Positions 140,142-155,568 of a stretch of 248,000 nt of DNA are shown here, one piece after another. Made by a program: the position numbers and the translations under genes. Location of the stretch: NCBI GenBank assembly GCA_951406725.2, contig OX597825.1:14900001-15148000 (forward strand). The letters are read 5' to 3'. The stretch comes from Octopus vulgaris (taxonomy: Eukaryota). A model generated the notes under the pieces. The model made no database searches and was not told where the DNA came from. It saw nothing but the letters and a program-made list of their open reading frames with translations. Each line of letters begins with the position of its first letter. Position 1 is the first letter of the stretch.

Positions 140142-142274
140142 TTATCTATCTAATAATCCGTCTAGCATTAAACTATTTCACGCATACACTTGCACAGACA
140201 AGCCAAATACAAACTAGTATATAATTAAAATTATATGCTCCAAATAAACTAGTTATTGTGATATTTTTTTATGATGCAAATCAGACATGAACAACCTACA
140301 ATGAGAATTGATGAGAAAAAAATCTAGAATTTATTTCCAGCAACATTATCAATATGGTCTACAATTCTTCAATAATATCACATTTAAAACGCAACGTTCT
140401 GGCAGAATCGTTAGCACGCCGGGCAGAATGCTTAGCAGCATTTCGTCCGTCTTTGCATTCTGAGCTCAAATTCCGTCGAGGTCTGCTTTGCCTTTTATCC
140501 GTTCGGGATCGATAAAACAAGTCCGAAGTTCAGCACTTGGGTCGATGTAATCGATTCACCCTCTCCCCGATCTTGCTGGCCTTGCGACAAAATTTGAAAT
140601 CTATGTCACATTAATACAATTATCAAATTCTGGGCGAAGGTAGATCATATTTGATTGTCCACTGGCCTTGCAGATCAGGTACAAAACGAACGCAGATTTA
140701 CGATTAGAATTATAGTATGGATTTTATGTCGGATTAATAGTTAATAGATTGAAAAGTTTCTATTTAAAATGGAGATCTATTTTCCTCAAATACCATAAAT
140801 TACAAATAAATAAGCCTTCGGAGTTTCTATAAAAGATGAGGTCATCAGGTGCATAATTGGTATTCACTTCACGCATACACAAACAGAAAATAGGATCACA
140901 CAAGTATACACACCCTCACGTTAAACGCACATAGCATATAGGCACACAACAGCTTCGCATACGCCGGTGCACATACACATACTCATGTGTAATGGCTTCA
141001 AACTCATATACACCAGATAGCCTCACTTACAGATACACACGTCAATACACACGTATGCTCATACATAAACACAGAGCATATACACACACATACACGAAGG
141101 CACGCGCGCGTTTACACTTGCACATGCCCGCACACACACATTAGCTTCATGCCTGCCCAGGTGTTTCAACCCGCTCCTTCTCTCTCACTCTCTCATACAT
141201 GCATACACACACATAGACGAATTCAACGTTGGCTTCCTTGCCATCCACTCCTCAAGCCAACCACTTCCTATTCCGGTCATTTGAATACGCGGTCGCCATC
141301 CGATAGAAAAGCATATTTCTTTTCTCTCTTGTTTTCTCTCTTCAGCTACCTTTTCTTTTGCCGAAACCTAATACACCCTCGTTTCTGTTTATTATTTTTT
141401 TTACTTCATCTCGTTTTCTTTTTATCTACCTTATAGTTGTCAATACAACCAGTGATAATTAAGAGGAAATATTTTCACAAGACCGTTGTTAGCCATTGAA
141501 TTTATGAAAGGAAAGTTTATATGCTATCTATCATGGTGTGAGAGTCAAGTAGACTCTCTGAGTTTCTTTGTTCTGATGAAAGAATTTACGACATAAATAG
141601 CCAAGCTGTAGATCTTTGTTCAGTAGTTTTATCATTAACCATTCCATTGTCTGTGTACCCTGCACTCTAGAAATTGCTAAGTTTGAAAGAACATTCTGAC
141701 AATTGACACAGTATTAAGGCCTTTCTTGTGTAAATATTAGCATATTTAAACACAGCTCACAAGACATTATACTATAGCGTACGATAAATCCTGAAATAAG
141801 TGAAACAATTTCACTGATTTGTAAATGGTAGGGAACGTATGAATATTAGAGATAGTGGATTTAAGAAAACAATATTGATGGAACTATTGTATTGAGGTCC
141901 TCTTTACGATCTCTTTGCAATCTCTACTAAATACGCAACGCATACATCCTGCGTCATGGTGATCCATCGTAATTTCTCACAATAAACGTAGCGCATACAA
142001 TTGCTGTGTGCTAAATTGTACAACGTTCAACATAATTATTATGGTGATATGGGAGACAGAAAATATCAGGTATATATACACATGCAGCCGCAGTTTAAAG
142101 ATGCTTCAGTAACCTACACCCAGAACAGCTTAGGAGGGCAATGTAGGATTTCTCGTTTCTCTGTGAATCGATTTTGCACACAATGGCAACGCCCTTGTTA
142201 TATTTTCATTATTCTGTGTAAGATCCTGTCTTTTTTTACCTGTGATTCTTCAGTTTTTGGGTGAATCACGCTAA

Positions 142275-143175
142275 TAGCCTCTCTTCTCCCTAAGAACAAT
142301 GAGGAGTGGAAAAGGCGTTAACGACGAAGAAAGGTCTGTCATCACCAAGAAAAGTGCTAAAAGTACTTGCCTTCATGTCATTGCGGAAAAATTAGTTCGT
142401 CATGTGGACACGGTTAGAAATTCTTGAAGGATTCTTCGACGAGGAAGAACCGGTCCGATTAATGGACCTAGAAGTCTATGATAGCTAGCCATTTAAGAAT
142501 TATTGGGTGCAATTTATGTGGGAAAACTGGACAAACAAGCGAAGACATTTTCCCCGACTCCAGACTTCCTCATGCACCGAAAACCACCAGAAATCGTATC
142601 TTCGAGACCCTTGACTGACATAACGGTGGGCCAAGCGGTTGGGTCAATTTTGTAGATGGATGTCACCAACGTTTACGATGTCAACTACAGGGTAGAGGAG
142701 GTATGTTGTAGGCTGGTATCATTGGAGACTGACTTGTTGACCCAATCAGGGTGCCCGAAGGAGTTAAAGAGACCGCTGCCGCCTTCTGCAATCTCCTGAA
142801 TGAGGTATTGGTTCCCTGGCCAGATGACATACCGCTGTTACTTCTAAGGAATCTCGTATTCATGCATAACAACGCTACCTCTCACTCATGTAGGACCATC
142901 CAAACTTTACAACAGCTTTAAGACATACAAGGTGGAAGGCTGATGGTGTGGCCGCCAGCTCGCCGGACCTCAACCCAATCGAAAAATTTTGTTCCATAAC
143001 TAAACAAGCTGTATATGCCTACGGACGCCAATTTACGTCGAAAAATGATTTATTGGTGACCATCAAAGCTGCAGCAGAAGCAGGCCAACCTGCTACTATT
143101 ATGAAATTGACAGAGTCCATGACCAACAGGGACTATTTAAGTTATCAGATGAAATGGCGCACATGTGGCTAAATA
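142275..143175 (+). pseudogene. Decayed Tc1-family transposase
   Basis: N-terminal MRSGKGVNDEERSVI..IAEKLVRHVDTVR; catalytic-end AASSPDLNPIEKFCSITKQAVY (compare WPANSPDLNPIENLW). Confidence 0.75.
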
Positions 143176-144972
143176 ATTCATTATGTCGATAAATGTTATA
143201 ACATTATTACGTGTTTCTGTTAAATATATACTTATTGTATGCTTAATATGTATCATTGACTTTCATTATCTGAAAATCAATACGTCTAGATATGGGTTAT
143301 TTTCATTCAAAAGCTATTAGCGCGATTCACCCATAAACTGAAGAATCTGAAATAAAAAAGAAAGGACGTTACACAGAATAATGAATGCATAACAACGGCG
143401 TTCACGTAGTGTGCAAGCCAGCTGGGAAAAGTTTTATCAACGTAGATTCTCAGAAAATCGAGGAATCCTAAATTTTGCTCCTAATCTATTAGCGGGATTC
143501 TGGGTGCGTTTGTTGAAGTACTAATGGAAGAAATAGCCTTTAAATAAACATATAGCAAGTTTTTTTTATCTTAATTACAGGGAATATCCCCTCCAGGTAT
143601 TTTATCAACTGCCTTATCAAACATCTAAAGACTGCATAGACCAAACTTGAATGATTTCTTATTTCAGAGTTCTTCCTGGTAATCTTCTGCTGTTTTTGGA
143701 TAAGTATTAATTTTGCTTTCTATATGTAGTTAAAATTTTAATTTGCAGCATTTTTTTTAACGATATTTGTACTTTTTCTATGTTGTGATATTTCAGCCCT
143801 GTACTTTCTGATGGACGTGTTGTGAATGTATTTATTTCATTAACAAGTTCATGACTTATAACGTGGCAAATTTTATTTATGAGAAAATTTATGAATTTAT
143901 GATGTCATTTTCTTTTTAGCAAACACTTGCTGAGGGTAGAAGCAATCAATTATGTTTACCTTTTATCCTTCTACCTCGCTAATATACATAAAATGTCTTT
144001 CGTCTCAATCTGCCTCTTTATTTCTGTTCACTCCTTCCATATTTTCCTCTTCCTCCTTCCTCATATTCTGATTTCCTTCTTTCTACAATTCCCTTTTTTT
144101 TTGTCCATCTATCAATCTTGTTTTATCTGGTCTTGCTACATTTCATCAGTTTCCATACTGGTTAATAGAAAACGTCCAGCGTGGCCCCTGAGCCATCGAT
144201 CATGAGCTGATTTTTTTTAATACTTGGCTTAGTGGAATGCACAATATTCTATAATCTTTGTCGACATGTTTAGCGAAAATAACTATCGCTCTTGGGAAGC
144301 GATTCCGCAGAATCCGTGTCTGATCTAAACGAATAGGGTTGTGCAAAACTACAGATATAATCTTTTACTTTTCTTTTTGTCATATGATCGATACAAAACA
144401 CTATTAATCTCTATTTTATATATTGCATTATACTTTTCATTACAAATTAAGCGTAACAGATTACATTAGACGTTTCCATAACCATTATACCTGTGTAATA
144501 AGCGACTAGATTTTCCAGAAGTGCATTATACATTGCATAAAATTGCGTGATTTATGTTAGTGTCTTCTACACACAAAAGCATCGTGCATGCCATAATTTA
144601 TGACAAAGGGAATACACCAAAAAAAACGGTCCTCCACCATCCATTTTATCAGCACATAAGAAGCTATACAACTTTAGATGTATGAAGTCAAAGCCCTACA
144701 TCTACCTGACAACCTTTAGACACGGATCAGTATGTTAAATTACGAGCAAAGGGAACTGCGCAGTGACATTTATAACTGCAATGTTCTGATAATAACGCAG
144801 ATCACAATGTCATAAATTCTAAAAGATCTCAATATAATTCAAAGAGAACCTGGGTAAGATTAAAACGGATCTTCTGAAATCAATATCAAAGACGAGACCA
144901 TTCACATGTCCACTGCAGATTACATTTGACATAAAAAATCTATAGGTATAATACACACACACGCACACACAC

Positions 144973-145142
<170 letters not shown>

Positions 145143-146574
145143 AAGTGAATATATTTGCCGTTGACACTAATCATCAAAGAAAAAGACCGAATTCAACTCC
145201 AGTCTGATCTATATGCTGTGAGTCATTGGGCAGACAAAAACTAAATGCAACTGAATGAGAGAAAATCTGAGCTGATGCATTTGCGGAAGAAAGTCTATAC
145301 TAAAACAGCCATATTCTTTATATGTACTTATATATTCACAATTTTTCATATAAATTATTGCTGACCATCTATACAAACAGTCCGCTCGCCCATTTACGCA
145401 CACATTTACCTCACCAACTAACGAGAATAATATTCTTATTAGATTGCAATGACATATAACAATAGGAATTTTCAAGTTAACGTTTAATACCAAATTTAAA
145501 GATTCATAATCAAAGCAAACGTTCTTTCAAAATTTTACACATCAAAGATACAGAAGAACCGGAGGAAATACGCACATGCATAGATGCACACTCACACACA
145601 CACACTCACAAACACAAAGGAGTATTTAATAAATCAATATATACACACAATACCTTCTACAATACGATATACAATAGAAGAGCTGCATTGGTTTATATAT
145701 TCGATGGTGATATCAATATTTACAAAGAAATGCAGGAATCTACCGAACCATACTGAAAATCCGAGAAGAAATCAAACGTGGTTGGTTTACATCTTGATAA
145801 TTAAAATTAAAATTTAAAAATAGAAAATCCTACAGTCTAGGATTTTCGGATCATATACATGTATAAAAAGTTCAGATTACTTTTTTTCTTAACATTTGAG
145901 AGCCATTGAATTTTGGCCCTTATGCTAAGGTATCAAAAAGATTTTACCTCTTCATTTTGTTTTCTTTTTGGTTTCAACGTGAATTGTTTTGGATTTGACT
146001 CTTCTGGAATAGCGTACCTATCTTCTTTAAGACAAAATTTTTTTTCAGGGGAAAAAGTATTTTTGTACGACAATCAAGCATATGCTGTCTATTTCTCTTG
146101 AGAGAATAATGGAACATTGATTTATATTTGGAAATATGGTTTCTCTTCATATATCTACCAATCTGTAACAGATTATGTTTTGTGATTTCGTGAACAAAAT
146201 ATCACATTTTAGAAAACCTTTGACTTCAGCTTTCTAGCACAAATCTACTGAACTGCAACATAAACAACACTGAAATGCTCTTCGTTGCATTATTTACATA
146301 TTTCAGTGGATGAAAACTGATAAACATTTCTACCCTTCCAATTATTGAGATTGATCTATTTTCTATGTAGAAGAATATATCAAAATCAAGTTCCCTCTAC
146401 CTTGGTTTGAATAAATTTAAGTTTTAAATTAGTTTTTAAGGATAAACAGAAGATTAGTTATAATAATATCTGTGATGGAAATAAATATTTCGTAAGCCTA
146501 AGGGAAGGATTAAGTCTTGTAAACTTTTAGTAAAGGTTTCCACAGAAAACGACATAATCACACTAATATCTAAA

Positions 146575-147138
146575 TATTAGGTTGTCCGGAAAGTTAGTGC
146601 CGATATCTAAAGGAAAGAAAAAGATCAATAGATACTTGCCATTACATTTTTAATCAACCAAATATGAATCATTTTGTTGTACAATGCGTCGCATCTTTCC
146701 TTTAACTTGAAAATACTCTCTTCCCAGAATTGAGGTGATTTCATGGCAAAGAATTCCTCAATGTATCTTTTTACGTCATCCAAGGAATTGAAATTTTTAC
146801 CATTAAGACTGCAGACACCTGAATAAGTGGGAATCCGAAGGAGCAATATCTGGTGAATATGGAGGATAGGGTAACACATCCCAACCGAGCTGCAGCAATT
146901 TTCTTCTGGTTCCCAAAGCATCAAGTGCCGAAAATGAACTTTCTTATCTTCCATTTTAAAGGGTTACAGAATTAACACAGGTTATAGGAACATAAACCTT
147001 CTTCCAGGAAAAGATAGCTTAAACTGTGCTCTAAACGGAGGTGTAGTCAAATCCTATTTTATGGACTCAACCATGTTCTAAAATAAGTCGAAAGCTAAGC
147101 TACTATAAATCGGCACGAACTTTCCGGACAACCCAATA
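146575..147138 (-). mobile_element. Complete 560-bp mariner deletion derivative with TIRs and TA target duplication
   Basis: TIRs at both ends; MEDKKVHFRHLMLWE is fused directly to the C-terminal LGWDV..PPYSPDIAPSD segment. Confidence 0.9.
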
Positions 147139-149620
147139 TTATATAAACTGATGGGCAACTGAAAAATGATCTGCGATGCTTATATCAACTAAGCATATAT
147201 TCAATATATTCTACTGCGTGATATTCAAACGTGTGTCTAGCACATAACTGTATATACATACATCATCGATCCAGCCATAAACACAGCGGGAAAATGTGTT
147301 CGAGAGAAATTAGCAAATAGCTAAATGAAGAAAAAAAAAAAGAAAAAAATACAAATTTCAGCGAGACGATTTATAAATATATAAAAAGAATAGCATCCAA
147401 AGAATAAAGAACGAGACATAAATTAAAATTACAATGAGTGCTTCTTTGAACATGGATTCCTGTATATTACCGCCATGTACAAAAAAAAAAAATGATGTAT
147501 ACACATGTCGCCATCATCAGCAGGGAATATAGTAAACAGTATGAGAAGGTTCCTGACTTTTATACCAGCTTCCATTATTTTAATTGTTTAATCCACAAGA
147601 ATCACTGAGTCTAGTCGAAAATTTGAAAAGATGCAAATACCTGTTATGTGTAAAAATCGATATATTTGAATAATCAATATATTAGAATATTCAGTTCATT
147701 TGAATATGTGTGAAATCAATATATTTGAATAAAATTAATAATTAGATTCAGAAGAGGAATATCATGATAATATCAGCGATTCTAATAATATATCGAAGAC
147801 AAGAGAACTTTTTTAAATTCTTGCAAAAGATTAGCAAAGCGCTCATTTTAATAGAAACGAAAATCGAATTACTAGTCGATAATATATATTAACTTTAACC
147901 GAATGACATTGGGGTCAGTATTAGAAGTCACATACATAAACGTATATTTAAATGTATGCCATATATCCATGGAAAAAATATTTGAGATATGAACTTCATG
148001 TTCTTTTCTTTGGTAGGTTTCCCCCTGTCCAGTAAAGCTAGATATATGAATATGCTATTGAGTTGATATTCATTTTTATCCTTCATTGAACTTTTGTTAA
148101 ACTTTTACTCTATGTCTATGAAATATATTTTCATATCACAAGTATCATACGTTTTTTTCTCTGTATTTAATTATTAACGTCTGCTTTTGGTGTCAGACAA
148201 TTTTTCCATTGTAGGATTTTCTCCTAACAGAAATAGATTCGTGAAGTTTTACAAATTGTGTGAGCACAGGTGTATATGAAAGCCAGTAACATTTTTATAG
148301 TGTTCATTCTATAAACTAAGGATGAATCAGAGTTAGCTACGTTCGTGTAATTTTATATACTATTTCCTCACTAAAATAATTATGTCCACAGAATAAATAT
148401 ATGAAATCTGTGTTTGTATCAGATAATATACCTTAACACTTTCTGCGATCCTTCTCGTTTAATTTGTTTTTATACATTTAAAAGTATCACTCTTATAGTT
148501 GATTTTTTTTGCATGTCATTGAGTTGAGAGATAAATATTCTTGTTGTCGAGGAATCTTCTCATCAGTAATATACTTTCTATCTTCTGAATTTATTTAGTA
148601 ATGTTTATTTCTGTACGAACACTTTCAAATATAATTTTTCAAATGCAAATATATTTTTTCAAATACTTCAGTTTTTCGAATCATTAGTTATTTTCGTTTA
148701 CGTTTATGCATAAAAGAAAGGAATAATATTTGAAAAAGACTTACCTGCATCAGAAAGATATTTGTTCAATTTGAAACTCAAAGTGCTGGTACAGATACTC
148801 GCAGTGCATTTCGTCTGATTTGGATTTCCACCAATCCATAGCAGTGGAGTATTCTTCTGTTTATAGGCCACGGAAGAACGAAGAATGTATAGTGAGAAAT
148901 CTTAGTGTATAAAATTGTATTAAACGGAATCGCATAGGAAAGATACACCTCTGCTCTGAATTATAGGCACGTAATTCTAACGGAAAAATATACACGCATT
149001 ATGTAAGAGCTGACGTCGTTCATTTATCATTTTGACACCATCTTTAATCAACAGGATTATCATAATAGGGCCTACTTACCAATCAGTTTTATTTTTGCTT
149101 TTTGCATGTTTTCTTTTTGATTTTTAATTTTTTTTCGGAAAGAGAGTTGAATGATATTTCATGGAATATAATTGACAGGATTTTAAACAGTATGAATTGT
149201 TTAAAGGGACTGTCTTTTCATTTACAAGCGATTGGCACAATGTTTCTAAGCATTCCACAATCCATAGTCTACTATATAGTGATAGAATACCTATCAAGCG
149301 AGTGGCCCCGTTTTAGATGTAAAACAGGATGTCGTTGAACATAGAAACAACACCGTCCCGGGAAAAGGAGCGCCACGTCATTGCTGTCATTATTTCAATG
149401 CTGGACAATATGAACAGCCTAATGCGGGCACAAAACAGAATGGCATAATATTGCCAGCGCAGCTGTGAAGCACAAAAGCTCATTTTGCAAGCCGCTGACA
149501 TGGGTGTGCTTACAAACACGGGTTCCAGGGCTCAATCCTACTACGCGGCACTTTAAAATACTAGTACTATGAACCCAGATCGACAAATAATTATGACTGA
149601 AAGTCGTAACAGGGACATTG

Positions 149621-149672
<52 letters not shown>

Positions 149673-149682
149673 TATAAATATA

Positions 149683-149780
<98 letters not shown>

Positions 149781-151109
149781 GTCATTGTGTCAGTCGTTGC
149801 CCACAAAGTTTGACAACAGGTACCGGTTGGTTTACTTACCCTTTGTTAAAAAGGAAGGATAGATATGTACCAGAGTTTTTTAAAAATATATTTTAGGGTT
149901 AATTGTTCGGACCACATACCTGGAACGGGACTGCAGTTTAATGGCTGAAACAAGGAAAACGTACAGCAGACATTGAAAAGAATATATAGCAAAAAATTAA
150001 AGCTACATGTTCTTTTCGAATTTAAAGGCACTGCAGAAAGTAGTCTTGATGTATTCATCTGACAGTTAACTAAATACATAGAGTTATTGGACTGGAAATT
150101 AGAACATCCGTTATATATGCTACAGGAGAGCAACAGACCGGGATATTCAAAGAATCGTGCAGTATCTGACGTCATACGTCAACCTGATTATCAACTGAAA
150201 ACTGAATTAATATTTGCAGGAGATTTGTTCGCAAGAATATGTTTAATACTTTTTATAGATATATTTTAATCATAACATCATATATGTATTTTATTCAGAG
150301 CACGAGTGTGAGCTATATACACATTTATATATTTTGGGGAATAGCTAGAAAATGCGCTGTGCTGCACTGCACTGGAAGAAAAAAAATACAATAACATTTT
150401 ATATGTTTCTTTAAAAATAATGGTATAATCGAAAATATTTTGGATTACGTTCTCCAAAACATGGAGAAAATGACTATAGAAAAAACTATAGAAAATTCTT
150501 ATAAAAATTCCTGACAAACTCTTGCTTTGCATTTATATTTCGGCATCACATGACAATACAATAACGAAATGCTGCCATCATATAACATTGCTTAATAGAA
150601 GCTTGCCAAATAAAATAACTGTTTTGTTCTCTCAACCTGCCATGTCAATTTTATTATGCATAAATCAGTCTTCTTTTATGGAACATTCGTTTACATAATG
150701 TTCATAAAATGGTAGAACGAAGCTAGCTGGAATTTATTCCATCTATTTTGGAATCATGAATCAATTACGGAAATAAGACTTGCAGAACAGAATTGTTCTC
150801 ACCACTGATTTTTAATATTAGATAACTTGTGACATTTATGTAGTTTACAATACTTGTTCGCGTTACACTATCAGCATGGAAATTAAGATTAGGTTAAATT
150901 GTCAGGAAAGTTAACTGTAAATATGGAAATGTAGTAAGATATATATGTGCGTTTGTGAGAGAGAGAGAGAAAGAATGAAAGTGTTTGATTGCGTGTGTGT
151001 ATAAGACGTTGTACACAAAATATGGACATATATATTTATAATTATGTATGTATGTAAGTGTGCACGTGTTTATACATACACACATGTATCTATCTATCTA
151101 TCCATATAT

Positions 151110-151163
<54 letters not shown>

Positions 151164-151415
151164 GTATATATGTGTGTGTGTATGTACTTAGTTGTTCCGT
151201 TTAGGTAAAATCAACAAACGAAGTTTTCCGACTCTCCAACCAGTAAGAGATAAATTTCATTTAATGTATCCAGTGTAAATATGAGATTTACAAATAGTCT
151301 CTTGCTGTGGAAACACGTGTCTAAGCAGTTTTTTTATAACAAACATTGCGTCGCTAAGCAGAAATTAGGCAGTGTAAATAAAATTATATATACATGTCTA
151401 TAATTATATAGCAGA

Positions 151416-151458
<43 letters not shown>

Positions 151459-151521
151459 TATATAAATCTATATATATACACATATATATATATATATACA
151501 CACAATATATAAATCTATATA

Positions 151522-151614
<93 letters not shown>

Positions 151615-152887
151615 GCTAATTAATGTTTTAAGGCTACCATTGATTTCATGTTAAGATAGAAAATATCTTAATATTTTAAGAAGTTTTGAAGCCGAGTACG
151701 TGGAGGAATGGTGTGAGTCTCTATTTCTCCGTTTTGAATGAATATAGAAAATCGAGATGAACACCCTTCCCCCATGAGATCGGCTTGAAAAATAGTTATG
151801 ATTTAAGAATATATAAAGAAATTTTATCGACCAATGCGATGTTGAGCACTCATTCTCATTGTTCAACATGTGTCAGGAGGAAATATTACATGCGCAAAAT
151901 GTGACATGTGCAGGGGTTGATACATATTTCCATAGAAACCAATCAGCTTCGTGTAGTTCCTTCCTGTTATTTATAGCTCGTCGCATCTCGTTGATGATGA
152001 GGGTATCCATGAACTCTGTGTTAGTCACATGAATTTGTATTACTAAGAATTCTTTCAAACCACGTTCACTGCCCCCAGCAATGCCATAGCTCGTGAGCTG
152101 AAACTAGGTAAAATAAAAAATGAAATAAAATATCATTACATTCAATCATTTCTTGGTTACTTTATTTGTGATTTCGACGAACCGTTGTATCATTGCGCGA
152201 CGTTTTTCGTAATTACAGTCACTTTTATACCATGGAAATCGGATTAGCTTTTAATTAAATGATTACTAGGCTTATAAATTCCCTCATTACGTTAGTTTAT
152301 AGCGCTCGTATTAAATATTACTAATTTCACCAAGCAGACAGCTCCATACTTTCTCTAGAAACGTCATGAACCAAACTCCTCGAATAGCATTTGTGGCAGC
152401 AAGGACACCATTAATTCTTTCATTAATATCGCATGATACACAAAAACATAAGGTAGCATAAAGGATATTGAGATTGTGTTAGTCTAATTTCACTTGTAGC
152501 GTTAACTTCACAGTACCCGTCGGAGGTCATCGGAGAAATACAGTGAGTCAATAAAACGAGATAAGACGAGATTCATGAATGACCCGTTGTACTAGGAATC
152601 ATTATAACAATTGGCAATAGTAGTTACGCTGATTATCTAAAATGACGCTAGATACAGTAGTGTTACATGTTGCAGTTGATAAACGCACATCCAAGCGAAG
152701 TGCTATAATTCCAGCCTCTTCCATACCTCATCAGTATTATATGTGACCGTGTTCTCCAACCATACTATAAGGATTTCACCTTTTAACAGAAGATGATTAT
152801 TATTGTTTCTCATAAAGATGCACGTGCGTGTATGTATGGATGTAAATTATTGTGTCATATATATGCCTGTATGTATACATATATATG

Positions 152888-152920
<33 letters not shown>

Positions 152921-152929
152921 CTGCATATT

Positions 152930-152966
<37 letters not shown>

Positions 152967-152971
152967 ATGTA

Positions 152972-153002
<31 letters not shown>

Positions 153003-153007
153003 ATGTA

Positions 153008-153039
<32 letters not shown>

Positions 153040-153462
153040 ATGTCTATGTGCATACGTGCGTGATTCTCGAACTAGAGAATTGATTAGGTTCAGGATAAAT
153101 TTCTGCTGCCTCTCAGTTGTATTAAGGTAATCCGCACTGAAAAATATAGCATCTGTTAAGTGAGGAATCAGCATATCTTTCTCCGTTAAAATTATCCAAG
153201 ATCTTAATCGTGTAACTGACATAATTATGTTCGAAGTAAGGTATGAAAAAGAAGTATTTCACAACATAAGCAAAACATGATATTTGGGTCGATTAAAGAA
153301 GTATATACGTATCAATATCTCAAAATGTGTGTATATATAATCTTGCCTTTCTTTATCTCCGCATGGGCTTCAAAAGTTCACTTATTACTGAGCTCTTATC
153401 TATCTATCATTCTATCTCTCTATTTATCTATTTATCTCTCTATTTATCTATCTAACTATCTC

Positions 153463-153497
<35 letters not shown>

Positions 153498-153546
153498 ATA
153501 CATACGTATATATATACATATATATATATATATACATATATATATA

Positions 153547-153618
<72 letters not shown>

Positions 153619-154380
153619 TATTTATATGTGTGTGTGTGTATACATATATATATATGTATATATATGTGTGTGTTTGTATCTATGGATGCGTATGTGTATG
153701 AATGAATGTATTATGTACGTATGTATGCATGTATGTATACGTGTGTGTGCACGAGAGTCTGCGTGTGTGAGCGCACGTGTCATTGCGTGTATTGTTCACT
153801 GGCAAGTGCTTAACGTAAGAGTCTCTTTCCTAGCGTTTCTCTAAACCATTCCCTATTTATTATTCTTTTATGCATAGCGTGCAATGTTGTACGTTTGCAA
153901 TTGATAGATTTTGTAATATTAGTTATGTATCAGCGACTAAACAAAGTTTGCATGTCATATATTTACAGATAGCAGGTTTTCGCACACTAATCTTAAGTAC
154001 AAATAAAGCATACAAACGAACAATTCTTTTAGAATTTTAAATTAAGTTCTTTCGTCGTTTTTTTCATCTTTTTTTCTGTCATTTTTTCTCTCATTCTGTT
154101 TCCAGTAATATCATATTTAAGTGTACTGCATATGTGTCGTACAATTCACATGCAGATGAAATAAATGTAGGGCAATATTCTACAACCATGCGTACGTGCA
154201 TGATTAATTATTCGGCCTTTTTTATTTATTTCAGATGCGAAGCACCAAATTTCGTTGATATTTTATTTTTCCTGCATTAAAAAAAAATGCATAAAAAAAG
154301 CGAATATGGAAGAGGAAGAGAACGTCACAGATCAATTTACAGATACGAAGAGAACAAGAGTGCGTGTATAATTATATATG

Positions 154381-154445
<65 letters not shown>

Positions 154446-154546
154446 ATGTATATATATATATGAATGTATATATATGTATGTATATTTATATATATATATA
154501 TATATATATATGCATGTATGTATATATATATATATATATATGCATG

Positions 154547-154591
<45 letters not shown>

Positions 154592-154998
154592 ATATATATA
154601 TATATATGTATGTATATATATATATGTGTGTATGTATGTATGTACGTATGTATGTATATGTATATATATATATATGTATATGTGTGTATGTATGTATGTA
154701 TGTATGTATGTATAAAATATATTTTCACATATGTGTGTGTATGTGTGCTTGTGTCTGTGTGTGCGTAGTCTTGCATTTGTGTGTAAGTTTGACTCGGTAC
154801 GTGTGAGCATGAAACACATAATTGCTATTTTCTGAAAAAGACATGTATCACGCATTTGTTCATGAAAAAAAGAGGCCCATAAATAAATGTTGGGGTTACA
154901 AATTATTGGTTTGAATGCTTTTAACTGAGATCAAACATATTACACTCCCCCCATCTTCACACAAGTCTATGTACGCATGTAATGCATACATACATGCA

Positions 154999-155059
<61 letters not shown>

Positions 155060-155312
155060 GTCTTCCTTTAATTCTATATTTAATAGTGCAGTGTTTTGAG
155101 GGAGAAAAGAGACCATATATTACCGTACATATATATACAGAGAGAGAGGGAGAGAGAGAGAGAGAGAAAGGAGAGATCTAGGTAGATTGTTAGACATATA
155201 GACAAACAAACAGATAGATAGATATATTAGATAGATAGATAGATAGACAGACAGACACACACACACAGAGACAGACAGACATACATACAGACAGATAGAT
155301 AGATATATATAT

Positions 155313-155347
<35 letters not shown>

Positions 155348-155348
155348 T

Positions 155349-155408
<60 letters not shown>

Positions 155409-155455
155409 GTAGATTGATAGACAGACAACAGACAGACAGACAAGCAGATAGATAT

Positions 155456-155568
<113 letters not shown>
